Origin: Raphidiopsis brookii D9
Lineage (GTDB): Bacteria > Cyanobacteriota > Cyanobacteriia > Cyanobacteriales > Nostocaceae
Direction: 5' to 3'
DNA: 32,000 nucleotides
Assembly: GCA_000175855.1 (NCBI GenBank)
Contig: ACYB01000036.1
Location: 35,497-67,496 of the forward strand
The notes beneath the pieces were generated by a model. That model worked only from the letters and a program-made list of their open reading frames with translations, was not told the origin of the DNA and did no database searches. Below, piece after piece: positions 1-10,237 of this stretch (within the stretch, counting starts at the first letter, position 1; each line of letters opens with the position of its first letter). The position numbers and the translations under genes were made by a program.

Positions 1-102
1 GAGCCAGTATAAGCCAGTAGTAGCAATTAACAGCAAAGTAATAATACCAGCCAAGATCCAACCAAAAGATAAGCGTTGATAATTCGCGTTCAAATTATTC
101 AC
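1..102 (-). CDS. partial CDS (5' end only): N-terminus of a membrane-anchored protein running off the left edge
   Basis: Minus-strand GTG at 100-102 is open to position 1. The translation VNNLNANYQRLSFGWILAGIITLLLIATTGLYWL has one hydrophobic helix. It is too short for a family call. Confidence 0.3.
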   Translation of the reverse strand, partial: MNNLNANYQRLSFGWILAGIITLLLIATTGLYWL

Positions 103-175
103 TTTTAACCTACTTTCCCGCCTTTTTGTCGCCACCATATAGTATAATTCGAGTTGGTAGTTTAACGATTATGTT

Positions 176-526
176 ATGATGACTGGTGAATCTTTTAAAG
201 AAATTCGAGTTCAAGAACTACAGCAACGTTTAATCCAGGATAGTTCCAATTTACAATTAATAGACGTGCGAGAACCACAAGAGGTTGCCATAGCACAAAT
301 TTCCGGTTTTGTCAACCTCCCCCTGAGTGAATATGATCAATGGCAAGGAGAAATTTCCGCTCGTTTTGAAACTTCTAAGGAAACCCTAGTATTATGCCAC
401 CATGGTTCAAGATCTGCTCAAATGTGCCAATGGCTTCTATCTCAGGGATTTACGGACGTTAGTAATATTGTAGGTGGGATAGATGCCTATTCTCTCTTAG
501 TGGATAATTCCATACCTCAATATTAG
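176..526 (+). CDS. single-domain rhodanese-like sulfurtransferase
   Basis: 116-aa ORF with a rhodanese pattern: LIDVREPQE followed by the active-site loop CHHGSRS. Confidence 0.85.
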   Translation: MMTGESFKEIRVQELQQRLIQDSSNLQLIDVREPQEVAIAQISGFVNLPLSEYDQWQGEISARFETSKETLVLCHHGSRSAQMCQWLLSQGFTDVSNIVGGIDAYSLLVDNSIPQY

Positions 527-563
527 ACACTGTGTTTACGGATAGAAAGTGCTTAATCATCTT

Positions 564-589
564 GCTACCCATTAAAAGGTAGCTTTTTG
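564..589 (+). terminator. candidate intrinsic terminator downstream of the rhodanese gene
   Basis: GCTACC (564-569), an 8-nt loop and GGTAGC (578-583), followed by TTTTT. It lies 38 nt after the stop codon. The stem is only 6 bp. Confidence 0.35.
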
Positions 590-827
590 TATCAGCAAGC
601 ACAAACTTTTGCAAAAAATTTATGGGAATATGGTAGAATGGTTTGATATGGGTGTTTCAGTATAAGTAATACAAATATAGACAGGTAGTGCAAGCTGTTA
701 GATGTTAGGTTTGTTAAAGTAATAATTAATAATTAATCATAATTAATCTCTTTTTTAATTTCCCTTGTCCGTGTCGCGAGACAAACTTTTGCACCCCTTA
801 AAATACGCCTTCACCAAAATATACTTT

Positions 828-1910
828 ATGCAAGTCCAGCTGACAAATCGACAACAACATATACTATGGGCGACGGTAAGACATTACATTGCCACAGCGG
901 AACCAGTTGGTTCAAAAGCTTTAATTGAAGAATTTGATCTTGGTATTAGTTCTGCCACTATTCGCAGTGTAATGGGCGTTTTAGAAAAATCGGGTTTATT
1001 GTACCAACCCCACACTTCTGCGGGTAGGATTCCCTCGGATTCAGGTTATCGTATATATGTGAATCAGCTGATGAAACCGTCAGCAGCTCTGGTTAAGGAA
1101 GTGGAATCCACCTTACAGCAGCGACTCCCTTGGGATGATTGGAGTTTAGAAGCCTTATTACAGGGTGCGGCGCAAATTTTAGCGACTTTAAGTGGCTGTA
1201 TTACCCTAATTACCATGCCACAAGCTAACACTACCCAAATCCGACACTTACAACTTTTACAAGTGGAAAGGGGAAAAGTCATGTTGATTGTAGTCACTGA
1301 TGGATACGAAACCCATTCCAAAGTGGTGGACTTGTTCCCAGAATCAGGTGTAAATCAACTGGAAGCAGAAACGATTGACAGAGAACTACAAATACTTTCT
1401 AACTTTTTAAATACCAGCTTGCGTAACTATACCCTATCAGATCTAGCCAATATGAATTGGAGTGAACTAGATCGGGAATTTCAAAGTTATGGAGAACTGT
1501 TGAAAAAATCCTTGACAGAATTACTCAAGCGTGCGTCCAATCCGCCAAATAGCCAAATTATGGTGCGAGGTGTGGGAGAGGTGTTAAGACAACCGGAATT
1601 TTCCCAGTTGCAGCAAGTACAAACAATAATGCATCTCCTAGAAGAAGAACAAGAACAACTATGGAAATTAATATGTGACGAACCGGAGATAGAAGAAACT
1701 GGTCAACCCAAGGTGACAGTGCGTATTGGCGCAGAAAATCCCTTAGAACCTATGAGAAGCTGCTCCTTGATTTTTTCTAGTTATCGTAGGGGTACAATAC
1801 CTGTTGGGAGGGTAGGAGTTTTGGGCCCAACTAGGTTAGACTATGAAAATGCCATTGCAGTGGTAGCAGCAGCAGCAGCATATCTTTCGGAAGCATTTAA
1901 CTACTATTGA
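828..1910 (+). CDS. hrcA: heat-inducible transcriptional repressor HrcA
   Basis: The N-terminal winged helix [28 protein letters not shown] begins right after the ATG at 828. The TTG at 765 in the ORF track is probably an upstream extension. The C-terminal [15 protein letters not shown] motif is typical of HrcA. Confidence 0.9.
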   Translation: MQVQLTNRQQHILWATVRHYIATAEPVGSKALIEEFDLGISSATIRSVMGVLEKSGLLYQPHTSAGRIPSDSGYRIYVNQLMKPSAALVKEVESTLQQRLPWDDWSLEALLQGAAQILATLSGCITLITMPQANTTQIRHLQLLQVERGKVMLIVVTDGYETHSKVVDLFPESGVNQLEAETIDRELQILSNFLNTSLRNYTLSDLANMNWSELDREFQSYGELLKKSLTELLKRASNPPNSQIMVRGVGEVLRQPEFSQLQQVQTIMHLLEEEQEQLWKLICDEPEIEETGQPKVTVRIGAENPLEPMRSCSLIFSSYRRGTIPVGRVGVLGPTRLDYENAIAVVAAAAAYLSEAFNYY

Positions 1911-1966
1911 TTTGCTTTTGCCATTGATGTTATGGTTTTGGTGTGTATGGAGTCTGGCGTGAGAAA

Positions 1967-2614
1967 ATGTTAAGAAGAATAATTTTATTGGCAATATGGC
2001 TAGGGTTTGTTAGCTACGCCTTTTTCCTTGCTCCCCCTGATAACTTTCCCCTAACTGTAGAGCTAATCAAAAACCTTTGTGTAGGAAATTGGCAAGGTAT
2101 TAATCCTCTGATTATCGCCCTATTTTATTTAATGGGAATTTGGCCTTTGGTGTATAGTGCAGTCTTGTTTTTTGATGGAAGGGGACAAAAAATAGTGGCT
2201 TGGCCATTTGCATTTGCATCCTTTGGCGTTGGTGCTTTTGCTATTTTGCCCTATTTAGTTTTAAGAGCAGAAAACCCAGAATTTACGGGTGATAAGAACT
2301 GGTTTTTAAAAAATTTCGACTCTCGATGGACAGGAATTTCATTAAGTTTAGCAGCACTGGTTTTGGTAGGATATGGGTGGAGAGGGGATGGGTTTGATTT
2401 TATTCATCAATGGCAAACCAATAGGTTTATTCATGTAATGACCCTGGATTTTTTGTTGCTGAGTCTATTATTTCCCATACTATTGGGAGATGACATGACG
2501 CGACGGGGTTGGCACAATCATCGATTATGGTGGTTATTTGCCTTGATTCCCCTTTTTGGTCCTTTGGTTTATTTATGTGTTAGACCACCCACAAAAGAAT
2601 CAACCTCCCAATAA
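1967..2614 (+). CDS. hypothetical polytopic membrane protein
   Basis: The ORF is open from the GTG at 1943, and the ATG at 1967 gives MLRRIILLAIWLGF. It has several hydrophobic helices. I do not recognise the family. Confidence 0.6.
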   Translation: MLRRIILLAIWLGFVSYAFFLAPPDNFPLTVELIKNLCVGNWQGINPLIIALFYLMGIWPLVYSAVLFFDGRGQKIVAWPFAFASFGVGAFAILPYLVLRAENPEFTGDKNWFLKNFDSRWTGISLSLAALVLVGYGWRGDGFDFIHQWQTNRFIHVMTLDFLLLSLLFPILLGDDMTRRGWHNHRLWWLFALIPLFGPLVYLCVRPPTKESTSQ

Positions 2615-2652
2615 GTAGAAATAATTGCCGATTGATACAATAGATAAAATAT

Positions 2653-3414
2653 ATGCAGATCATGAGCGAAAAAACAGATAGTAAGAAATCAGAACCTAGC
2701 CAGGATGAAAGCTTCTCAGCCAAAGAGTTTTTCAATAGACAATGGGAACTTTACCAAAAAGTATTAAACAATAATTACATGGGACATCAGGAAATATATG
2801 ATGTGCTACACAAATTATTAGCTCAATGGTCAAAACCCTTTACTATGCTAGATTTAGGGTGTGGGGATGCCAGTTTTACTAGTCGAGCTTTATTAAACAC
2901 CCAAATTACTGAATATACGGGTGTAGACGTATCCACAGCTGCACTAGTGGATGCTGAACAAAACATTGCCCTAATTGGGTGCGAGAGAAAACTTGTGTCA
3001 GTAGACTGTTGGCAATTCATCAATGATTTAGTCCAATATGGAACCCCAAAATTTGATGTTGTTCTCATATCCTTTGCTCTTCACCATTTGCAACCGGAGG
3101 AAAAAGAACAGGTAATTGATAATATCAGAACCCTGTTAAATCCCCATGGGGTTTTCATCCTTATTGACATCATTCGTCAAAAAAAGGAAGATCGGGAAAG
3201 TTATATACAACGCTATTTAGGGAATGTGAAAAGGGACTGGTCTTTAATTGACCCCCAAGAGTATACAATGGTGGAAAATCATATTTCATCCAGTGATTTT
3301 CCTGAAACTCAGTTCTGGTTTCAAACCATCTCTCAAAAACTGGGTTTTATTAACTTCACACCAGTTTATTGTGATGATTTAGATACTACACAGCTATTGT
3401 GTTTTTATCCCTAG
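2653..3414 (+). CDS. class I SAM-dependent methyltransferase
   Basis: 253-aa ORF with SAM-binding motif I (MLDLGCGDA) and a post-I acidic residue (YTGVDVS). The substrate is unknown. Confidence 0.8.
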   Translation: MQIMSEKTDSKKSEPSQDESFSAKEFFNRQWELYQKVLNNNYMGHQEIYDVLHKLLAQWSKPFTMLDLGCGDASFTSRALLNTQITEYTGVDVSTAALVDAEQNIALIGCERKLVSVDCWQFINDLVQYGTPKFDVVLISFALHHLQPEEKEQVIDNIRTLLNPHGVFILIDIIRQKKEDRESYIQRYLGNVKRDWSLIDPQEYTMVENHISSSDFPETQFWFQTISQKLGFINFTPVYCDDLDTTQLLCFYP

Positions 3415-3508
3415 AGACCAGGAAACATACCATACATTCGGGTTTAGTAAGGTCAAACTGTTCTGTGTCTGGTTTTTTGTGCTAGATATTGACCTAATTG
3501 AGAAGTAT

Positions 3509-4408
3509 TTACACTTTTTTACCTGCAGCAGCAGTCTGATTTTGAAACAATACAAAAGCAGCAACAGCGATTAAAAAATAACCAAAATACTTCTGTAATT
3601 TTCTTCCATCAATGAACCCAGACAGATAACCACCAAAAAAACTACCTAAACTAGCAGCAACAATAAAACTACCTATTAAGTTCCAATCCAAATTCACACG
3701 TCCTAAATAACCCAAAAAACCTGCCATCGCATTAGCTACTAAAATCAACAAAGAAGTACCAATGGCTTCTTTCATGGGTGTTTTACCTAAAATTACTAAA
3801 GCAGGAACAATGGCAAAACCACCTCCAACTCCTATCAACCCAGTTAATGTTCCTACTCCTAACCCCTCGGTTAATAACCATAACCAGCAATACTTGCAAA
3901 CTGGGGGTTGGTAAATATGCTCGTAAACATCATCTTGATAAATATCTTGATCCTGTGGTGGATAACCCTGATCTAAATCCAAAGATCTATCCTTTCTTGG
4001 TTCTAGATCCTTTTGGTATTTTATGGATGATTTATCTGGATTTTGCCTACTCCTTCTGATCATAAGGAATGCTGCTATCAACATCACAATTGCAAAAAGC
4101 AGCATTTGTAAATTGTCAGTAATAAATGGTAACCCTGCAATTTTAGCACCTAAAAAGGCACCTAACATGGTCGCAGAGCCAAAAATAAACGCTTTACGAA
4201 AATTGATGTTTCGATTTTTCCAATGAGGAATTAATCCAATCAAGCTGACCGTACCAACAATGATTAGGGTCATGGCAATTGCTGACTTGGTTGGCACCCC
4301 CATCACATACACTAAAACCGGTAGGGCTAAAACTGAACCACCACCACCTATTAACCCTAAGCTAATACCTATTCCAGTCGCCAAAATATGTCCTAAGATC
4401 CACATCAT
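3509..4408 (-). CDS. TauE/SafE (DUF81) family sulfite/anion exporter
   Basis: 299 aa and polytopic. It has two internal repeats with Gly-rich helices (GLIGGGGSVLALP and GLIGVGGGFAIVP) split by a hydrophilic loop, as in TauE/SafE permeases. Confidence 0.85.
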   Translation of the reverse strand: MMWILGHILATGIGISLGLIGGGGSVLALPVLVYVMGVPTKSAIAMTLIIVGTVSLIGLIPHWKNRNINFRKAFIFGSATMLGAFLGAKIAGLPFITDNLQMLLFAIVMLIAAFLMIRRSRQNPDKSSIKYQKDLEPRKDRSLDLDQGYPPQDQDIYQDDVYEHIYQPPVCKYCWLWLLTEGLGVGTLTGLIGVGGGFAIVPALVILGKTPMKEAIGTSLLILVANAMAGFLGYLGRVNLDWNLIGSFIVAASLGSFFGGYLSGFIDGRKLQKYFGYFLIAVAAFVLFQNQTAAAGKKV

Positions 4409-4479
4409 AGTTTCTCATACCCAACTTCACAATCCACCAATTTTTAAAAACAGACCCCCTGTAGGGAGTCTTAGTATTT

Positions 4480-5019
4480 TCAACCTCTTTGGTTATAGGG
4501 CAATTTCTTCAATAGCATAGCCATGGTACAAGTATTGGTTAACCCAGCAAATACTAAACCAGTCCCTACAAAACCACTTAAAATTAAAAACCAAGGAGAA
4601 ACCAAAACTCCTAAAACTGTCCCAGTAACCACCAAAGTTCCTGCCACTATTTGCACTTGTCTCATTATACTTATAGGAGCATTCTTATTCCTATTAGTTA
4701 CATATCCTAACTTTTTCCAAGCACTAATTCCTCCCTGCAATTGACTGAAATCTCTAAATCCAAATTCTATTAATCTATGGGCAGCTTGTTTGGATCTATT
4801 TCCTGAATGGCAATAAAGAACTATCTTTTTGCCAGTTAATAAGGATATTTTTTCTGGATCTAATTTTGATAGAGACAAAAGTTGAGAACCAGGAATATGC
4901 TCACCCATAAATTCTTCCTGCTCTCTCACATCTATCAAATGTACTCTTTGGTTTTCTAACAATTCTTTCACCTGTGAAGCATCTAATACTTGTAATTCTT
5001 CTTTGCCTGAAATCTCCAT
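4480..5019 (-). CDS. rhodanese domain fused to a DUF2892/YgaP-like two-helix membrane anchor
   Basis: It carries LIDVREQEE and the active-site loop CHSGNRS. The C-terminus has two hydrophobic helices ending in GLTNTCTMAMLLKKLP, which is typical of YgaP-type proteins. Confidence 0.85.
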   Translation of the reverse strand: MEISGKEELQVLDASQVKELLENQRVHLIDVREQEEFMGEHIPGSQLLSLSKLDPEKISLLTGKKIVLYCHSGNRSKQAAHRLIEFGFRDFSQLQGGISAWKKLGYVTNRNKNAPISIMRQVQIVAGTLVVTGTVLGVLVSPWFLILSGFVGTGLVFAGLTNTCTMAMLLKKLPYNQRG

Positions 5020-5071
5020 TTGCCTACTCCTGTCGCTATATTTACCAATTTATCCCGTTGAAACTCCACCC

Positions 5072-5766
5072 TTAAACCGCCTTACCGCAAAGTTGATTCG
5101 CAGGAACCGCTGCCATCATTTTTTGAGGATTTGGCAAGTTTAATTCATTCATTAGTTTGACAAATGTCTCCCTGGTATATCCTTTAAAACGAGGGTTATA
5201 TTTTCTTTCTTCACCGATAGTAGAAACTGTAAAACCTCTATAGTCATGTCCCGGGTAAACTTCTATTTCGTCCGGAAGTGTAAACAATTTTTCGGTGACA
5301 ATGTCAAACAGAGTTTCCGCACTTCCACTTTGAAAATCAGTTCTCCCACAACCCTAATTAATAATGAATCTCCAGTAAATAACTTCTCTTGATTGACTAA
5401 AAAGGCTAAATGACTGTCCGTATGTCCCGGTGTACCAATCGCTAAAATATTAATCGCCCCTATGGTTAATATCTCCCCATCTTCCATCTGTTTGTCCGCA
5501 CAACTGACATCAGAATTAGCAGGTACAATCCCCAAACACCCTGTTCGCTCCCGCAATTTACCCGTACCTGTGATATGATCAGCATGAATATGAGTTTCTA
5601 AGCAATACTGCAATGTTAAACCTAGTTCCTCAATTAACTGTAAGTCCCTTTCTACTTGCTCCACCACAGGATCTACTAGCACAGCCGCTTCTGTCTGCTC
5701 GTCAGCAATTAAGTATGTATATGTGCTAGATTCTCTGTCAAAAAGTTGTCTAAATAACATATTCAC
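5072..5766 (-). pseudogene. ETHE1/Blh-like persulfide dioxygenase (MBL fold), interrupted by one single-base frameshift
   Basis: ORF pieces are 5263-5766 and 5072-5287. The metal motif is THIHADH. Adding one G to the gene-strand GGG (plus-strand CCC 5352-5354) restores [60 protein letters not shown], which is collinear with the ETHE1 core. Confidence 0.85.
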
Positions 5767-5808
5767 CCTTCACTTTTACACTTTGCCTACTTGATAATCT
5801 CATCATAT

Positions 5809-5820
5809 TACTATATAGTA
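5809..5820. promoter_or_regulatory. perfect 12-bp palindrome TACTATATAGTA in the divergent regulator/dioxygenase intergenic region; candidate operator
   Basis: Seen directly in the 105-bp gap between the dioxygenase start (5766) and the ArsR-type gene start (5872). The assignment as an operator is inference only. Confidence 0.25.
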
Positions 5821-5871
5821 GAATAGTCAAGTGCAAATTTCAGAAATTCTCTAAAATTTTCCCAGTTTTTT

Positions 5872-6203
5872 ATGTCAAGTATGTATCCAGAAGCTCTAAT
5901 CCATGTTGCAGAATATTTTAAAGTGTTATCGGAAGTAAGTCGATTACAGGTTTTGTGCTGTTTGAAGACAGGAGCAAAAAATGTTACCCAGGTGATAGCA
6001 GAAACTGGTCTTGGTCAAGCCAATGTGTCTAAACACCTGAAGATTCTGACTCAAGCGGGTATTGTCAAAAGAAGACCTGAAGGGTAATGGTGGTTTATGA
6101 GATTGTGGATCCCATATTGTTTCAATTGTGCGATTTAGTGTGCGATCGCCTGCAGGTTAGATTAGAAGAGCAGACTAGGGAGATACAGGATCTTAAACTA
6201 TAA
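5872..6203 (+). pseudogene. ArsR/SmtB-family wHTH regulator (BigR/SqrR-like context), interrupted by one single-base frameshift
   Basis: ORF 5872-6087 encodes the HTH (LQVLCCLKTGAKNVTQVIAETGLGQANVSKHLKILTQAGIV). After the stop, the -1-shifted frame continues as VMVVYEIVDPILFQLCDLVCDRLQVRLEE through the stop at 6201-6203. The shift is at the GGG run 6082-6084. Confidence 0.75.
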
Positions 6204-6230
6204 TAAATTCCCCAGATACTTGGAGTTCTA

Positions 6231-7517
6231 CTAGCTGAATTGCTCCTCCGTATCCAAATTGAATAACATTTGTAAAGTTCGCATACAGTTACGTCTGGTT
6301 TCTATGTCCTGTTGTGATCGCAATTGTACCATAGGATCATGTAATATTTTATTAACTATTCCTCTAGTCAGAGCTTCAATTACTTCCTGATGTTTTTCGC
6401 CAAATTCCGAACCCAATCGGGAAAGAGCCTTTTGTAATTCTTGTTCACGGATGTGTTCGATTTTATTTCTCAAAGAACTAATAGTAGAGACGGTTTCCAA
6501 ACTGCGCCACCAGATATCAAAAGACTCCACCTCTTCGTCCAGGATTTTTTCAGCTTCCTGGGCCATTTTGCGACGACTTTCGTAGTTTTGAGCTACGACT
6601 GCTTTTAAGTCATCCACATTAAAAACCTGGACATTATTTAAATGACTTACATCCGAGTCCACATTGCGAGGCACAGAGATATCAAACAACATGAGAGAAT
6701 GGTTAGGGTCTAAAGCCATTTCTAATTTAGAGCGGTTGATAATTGGTTCTGTGGAGGAAGTACTAGTAAAGACTAAATCACTATGAGAAATAACAGACAT
6801 CATTTCCGGGAGGAGATGAATGTGAATAGTCACCTCTGGGAACTGTTTAGCCAGTTCTGCTGCTCGCTCCCGGGAGCGATTAACAATACTAATATGGGAT
6901 GCGCCCTTAGAAATCAAATGTTGTACCAGTAGACGAGACATTTTTCCCGCACCCACAATTAGTACCCGGTATAGTTCTAAATTTTCTACCTTAATTTGTG
7001 CCAACTCTACAGCTGCTGAACTAATAGATACCGCTCCAGTGCCAATACTCGTTTCAGAACGAACTCTTTTACCAGCAGTTAAAGCTTGTTTAAATAAACG
7101 ATTTAAAATTGTTTTTACACCATTGTATTGCTGTCCCAGTTTGTGAGTATTTTTCACCTGAGCCAGAATTTGTCCTTCTCCAAGAACTAGACTATCCAAA
7201 CCAGCAGCAACTCGCAAGATGTGAGTCACAGCATCAGTATGGATGAGAGTAAACAGATGTTGACGTAAAGAACCTACTGGTAGTTTGCTATGCTCAGCCA
7301 GAAACTGGGTCACTTCCCGAATTCCCTGGGGGATATCGCTGCTGACAACATAAATTTCTAACCGGTTACAGGTACTGAGGATAGCCACCTCATCAATGTG
7401 AGGATAGTTGAGCAAGTGAGCGATCGCACTTTCGGTTTGGGGTTCAGGAATACTTAGTTTTTCTCTTACTTCAACTGGGGCTGTTTTGTGACTTAACCCC
7501 ACTACTGCAATATTCAT
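6231..7517 (-). CDS. hemA: glutamyl-tRNA reductase
   Basis: The N-terminus is [21 protein letters not shown], the catalytic Cys context is [10 protein letters not shown], and the NADPH site is VGAGKMS. The track ORF extends to 7607, but the conserved N-terminus starts at the ATG at 7517. Confidence 0.92.
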   Translation of the reverse strand: MNIAVVGLSHKTAPVEVREKLSIPEPQTESAIAHLLNYPHIDEVAILSTCNRLEIYVVSSDIPQGIREVTQFLAEHSKLPVGSLRQHLFTLIHTDAVTHILRVAAGLDSLVLGEGQILAQVKNTHKLGQQYNGVKTILNRLFKQALTAGKRVRSETSIGTGAVSISSAAVELAQIKVENLELYRVLIVGAGKMSRLLVQHLISKGASHISIVNRSRERAAELAKQFPEVTIHIHLLPEMMSVISHSDLVFTSTSSTEPIINRSKLEMALDPNHSLMLFDISVPRNVDSDVSHLNNVQVFNVDDLKAVVAQNYESRRKMAQEAEKILDEEVESFDIWWRSLETVSTISSLRNKIEHIREQELQKALSRLGSEFGEKHQEVIEALTRGIVNKILHDPMVQLRSQQDIETRRNCMRTLQMLFNLDTEEQFS

Positions 7518-7635
7518 CTTTAATTTCTTATGACTGGAATAACGCTCTTGCTGTTTTTCGTAGTTGTCATGGCAAAGGGTAACAAGTAATGGTATACCAG
7601 TTACCAATTACCCTTTACCAGCTAGTTAACAAAAA

Positions 7636-8673
7636 TTAGTGGAGTTGTACAACTTTAGGTTGTTCAAACATGTGAATAGTATCTACAAAGCGAGCAGTCT
7701 TAGACTGAGTAGAAATGACCAAACTTTGAGTTCTTGCACCACCGTGGAAGAACCGCACACCTTGCATCAAATTACCACTAGTAATACCACAAGCTGCAAA
7801 CAACACAGTTTGACCAGATGCCAATTCATGAGCATCATAAACTTTATCTGGTTCATTAATACCCATAGAAGAAAGTCGTTCTAAATTAGACTCCTTGCTT
7901 TCGCCAATCAAACCAGTTTTAACCACTGCGGGATCGTAAATTAACTGACCTTGGAAGTGACCACCCAGGGCCCGCATAGCAGCAGCAGAAATTACACCTT
8001 CAGGAGCTGCACCAATACCCATGAGAGCGTGGATATTAGTACCAGCAAAACCGCAAGACAAAGCTGCACCGACATCACCATCAGAGATCAATTGAACTCT
8101 TGCACCAGCTTCGCGGATCTCCTTAATTAAATCATTGTGGCGTTCGCGCTTCATAACAACGACCACCAGTTCTTCGATAGATCGGCCTAAGCATTCAGAC
8201 AGAATCTTGAGGTTTTCAGTAGCTGACTTGTTGATATCAACCTTACCCTTAGCTGCTGGGGGTGCGGCCAACTTCTTCATATAGAAGTCAGGAGCAGCAA
8301 ACAGACCTCCTCGTTCAGAAATTGCTAAAACTGCCATGGAACCGGGTTGTCCATAAGCTACCAGATTAGTACCTTCACAAGGGTCAACAGCAATATCAAT
8401 TTCCATTAATTCATCAGGGCTACAGGAAATAGCATTGTCTGGACTAGCACAAACTCCCACTTCCTCACCAATGTAAAGCATGGGCGCGTCATCACGTTCT
8501 CCCTCACCAATTACAATGCGACCGCGCATATAGATTTTATTCATCCGTTCACGCATAGCTTCCACTGCTACCTGGTCAGCAGTGTTCTTTTCACCCTTAC
8601 CCATCCACTTTGCAGAGGCGATCGCAGCTTGTTCGACAACCTCAATAATTTCTAAACCAATTGTATTTTCCAC
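7636..8673 (-). CDS. glpX: class II fructose-1,6-bisphosphatase / sedoheptulose-1,7-bisphosphatase (GlpX type)
   Basis: 345 aa with a GTG start. GlpX signatures are present: [20 protein letters not shown] and GIGAAPEGV. Confidence 0.92.
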   Translation of the reverse strand: MENTIGLEIIEVVEQAAIASAKWMGKGEKNTADQVAVEAMRERMNKIYMRGRIVIGEGERDDAPMLYIGEEVGVCASPDNAISCSPDELMEIDIAVDPCEGTNLVAYGQPGSMAVLAISERGGLFAAPDFYMKKLAAPPAAKGKVDINKSATENLKILSECLGRSIEELVVVVMKRERHNDLIKEIREAGARVQLISDGDVGAALSCGFAGTNIHALMGIGAAPEGVISAAAMRALGGHFQGQLIYDPAVVKTGLIGESKESNLERLSSMGINEPDKVYDAHELASGQTVLFAACGITSGNLMQGVRFFHGGARTQSLVISTQSKTARFVDTIHMFEQPKVVQLH

Positions 8674-8869
8674 AGGTCTACCCTCTTAATTGCTGATCTT
8701 TAGCGACTTTTGCTATGGCTATTTCAGTCTATAAGTCTACCAAAGTCCGGTACTTCAATGAGAAATACTTTGGATAATCAGTTTGTTAAGTTTTACAACC
8801 AGGAGAAGACACCGGTCTATTTTCCGATGCACAAGGATAAAATTTTGTCAAGTAAACAAGGATTAAGAA

Positions 8870-9427
8870 GTGGAAGGCAAAAATATCGAATCCGACTACC
8901 TATCACTGATTAAATATCATCAGGGATGGATGAGTGAAGCTCTTAAACTAGCACAGATTGCGGGTGATGCAGGGGAAGTACCCGTGGGATGTATAATTGT
9001 TAATTCCCAGGGTGATTTAATTGGTCAGGGGGAAAATCGCAAACAACGGGATCAAGATCCTACCGCTCATGCAGAAATTGTTGCCATTCGTTCAGCAGCA
9101 AGAACCTTACAAAATTGGCATCTAGATCAATGTACACTTTATGTCACACTGGAGCCATGTCCTATGTGCGCTGGTGCTATCATTCACGCAAGGTTACAGA
9201 CTTTAGTCTACGCGGTAGACGATCCTAAAACTGGTGCCATTCGTACTGTTATTAACATACCTAGTAGTCCTGCATCCAATCACCGGTTACGAATTATTGG
9301 AGGTATTCTGGAATCTGCTTCCCGTCAACAATTACAGTCTTGGTTTGTATATCAAAGATCCCAAAAAACTCAAAAATCTGGTTACGGATCAAATGGTAAT
9401 GAGTTATCGACAGAGGAAATTAGGTAA
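8870..9427 (+). CDS. tadA: tRNA adenosine(34) deaminase TadA
   Basis: The CDA-fold zinc motifs HAEIVAI and PCPMCAGA are present. The start is uncertain: GTG at 8870 or ATG at 8930 (MSEALKLAQ). Confidence 0.85.
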   Translation: MEGKNIESDYLSLIKYHQGWMSEALKLAQIAGDAGEVPVGCIIVNSQGDLIGQGENRKQRDQDPTAHAEIVAIRSAARTLQNWHLDQCTLYVTLEPCPMCAGAIIHARLQTLVYAVDDPKTGAIRTVINIPSSPASNHRLRIIGGILESASRQQLQSWFVYQRSQKTQKSGYGSNGNELSTEEIR

Positions 9428-9474
9428 ATTAGAAATAATCCAATTTGCGTCACATCCCCTAACTAGTAACCATC

Positions 9475-10215
9475 ATGAAGGAACCTCACTCCGCTTCGAC
9501 CAGTTTTGCGGATCAGTCTCCAAATATTTGCTTAGATCCTCCCTTTTCCCACACTAGGTCCTGGATTTCTCCCTGGTTAACACCCTTGGCCTATTGGTTA
9601 GGATATCATCTAGTTATACCCTTGTTTTTTGGTTCTATTCATGTTGAGGGTCAAGAACATATTCCCATTAGAGGTCCAGTAATTCTAGCACCCACACACC
9701 GTTCTCGTTGGGATCCCCTGCTTTTAGCTTATGCTGCGGGGCGTTATATCACCGGAAGGGATCTGAGATTTATGGTGATGAGTAGTGAATGTCGAGGAAT
9801 ACAAGGTTGGTTTATTCTCAGTATGGGTGGTTTTGCTGTCAATCTTCAACGTCCGGGGATCAAATCTCTACGTCATGTTATAGATTTAATGTTGGGGGGA
9901 GAAATGTTAGTTATTTATCCGGAAGGTGGAATTTTTCGAGATGGTAAGATTCATCCCTTAAAATCCGGTATAGCTCGTTTGTCTATAAATGCCCAATCTC
10001 TAGACCCTAATTTAGACATCAAGATTATACCTGTTTCCATTAATTACGATCGACCCTATCCTAATTGGGGAACAAAAGTCAAAATTTGTATTGGTGAACC
10101 AGTTAAAGTTGCTGACTATATGCATGGTTGTTTAAAACAGAATTCTCAATATTTAACTAGGGATTTAAGAAGTAAATTACAAGAAGTTGCTGATTCCCAA
10201 CCAGTTTCTCTTTAG
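9475..10215 (+). CDS. lysophospholipid (1-acyl-sn-glycerol-3-phosphate) acyltransferase family protein
   Basis: It has the HX4D motif (APTHRSRWDP) and motif III (VIYPEGGIFRDG) of the PlsC family. Confidence 0.8.
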   Translation: MKEPHSASTSFADQSPNICLDPPFSHTRSWISPWLTPLAYWLGYHLVIPLFFGSIHVEGQEHIPIRGPVILAPTHRSRWDPLLLAYAAGRYITGRDLRFMVMSSECRGIQGWFILSMGGFAVNLQRPGIKSLRHVIDLMLGGEMLVIYPEGGIFRDGKIHPLKSGIARLSINAQSLDPNLDIKIIPVSINYDRPYPNWGTKVKICIGEPVKVADYMHGCLKQNSQYLTRDLRSKLQEVADSQPVSL

Positions 10216-10237
10216 GAGCTAATTGCTTCCCCCACTC

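Noticed and set aside
601-793. 13-nt direct repeat ACAAACTTTTGCA at 601-613 and 781-793 as a regulatory pair
   Set aside because: A single 13-mer coincidence is expected by chance in 32 kb of AT-rich sequence, and there is no dyad symmetry.
765-827. Long N-terminal extensions suggested by the ORF track (hrcA from 765, hemA to 7607, small ORF from 13821, Uma2 from 18359, antitoxin to 17425, vapC to 17091)
   Set aside because: In each case the conserved family N-terminus begins at an internal ATG. For the small ORF, the extension runs through a repeat element.
527-827. CIRCE operator (TTAGCACTC-N9-GAGTGCTAA) upstream of hrcA
   Set aside because: There is only a weak half-site-like AGTGCTTAA near 549-557 with no inverted partner at the right spacing.
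8710-9557. ORFs 8710-8913 and 9234-9557 as separate genes
   Set aside because: The first occupies the glpX/tadA divergent promoter gap and overlaps the tadA start. The second is out of frame across the tadA 3' end and the acyltransferase 5' end. Neither has family signal.
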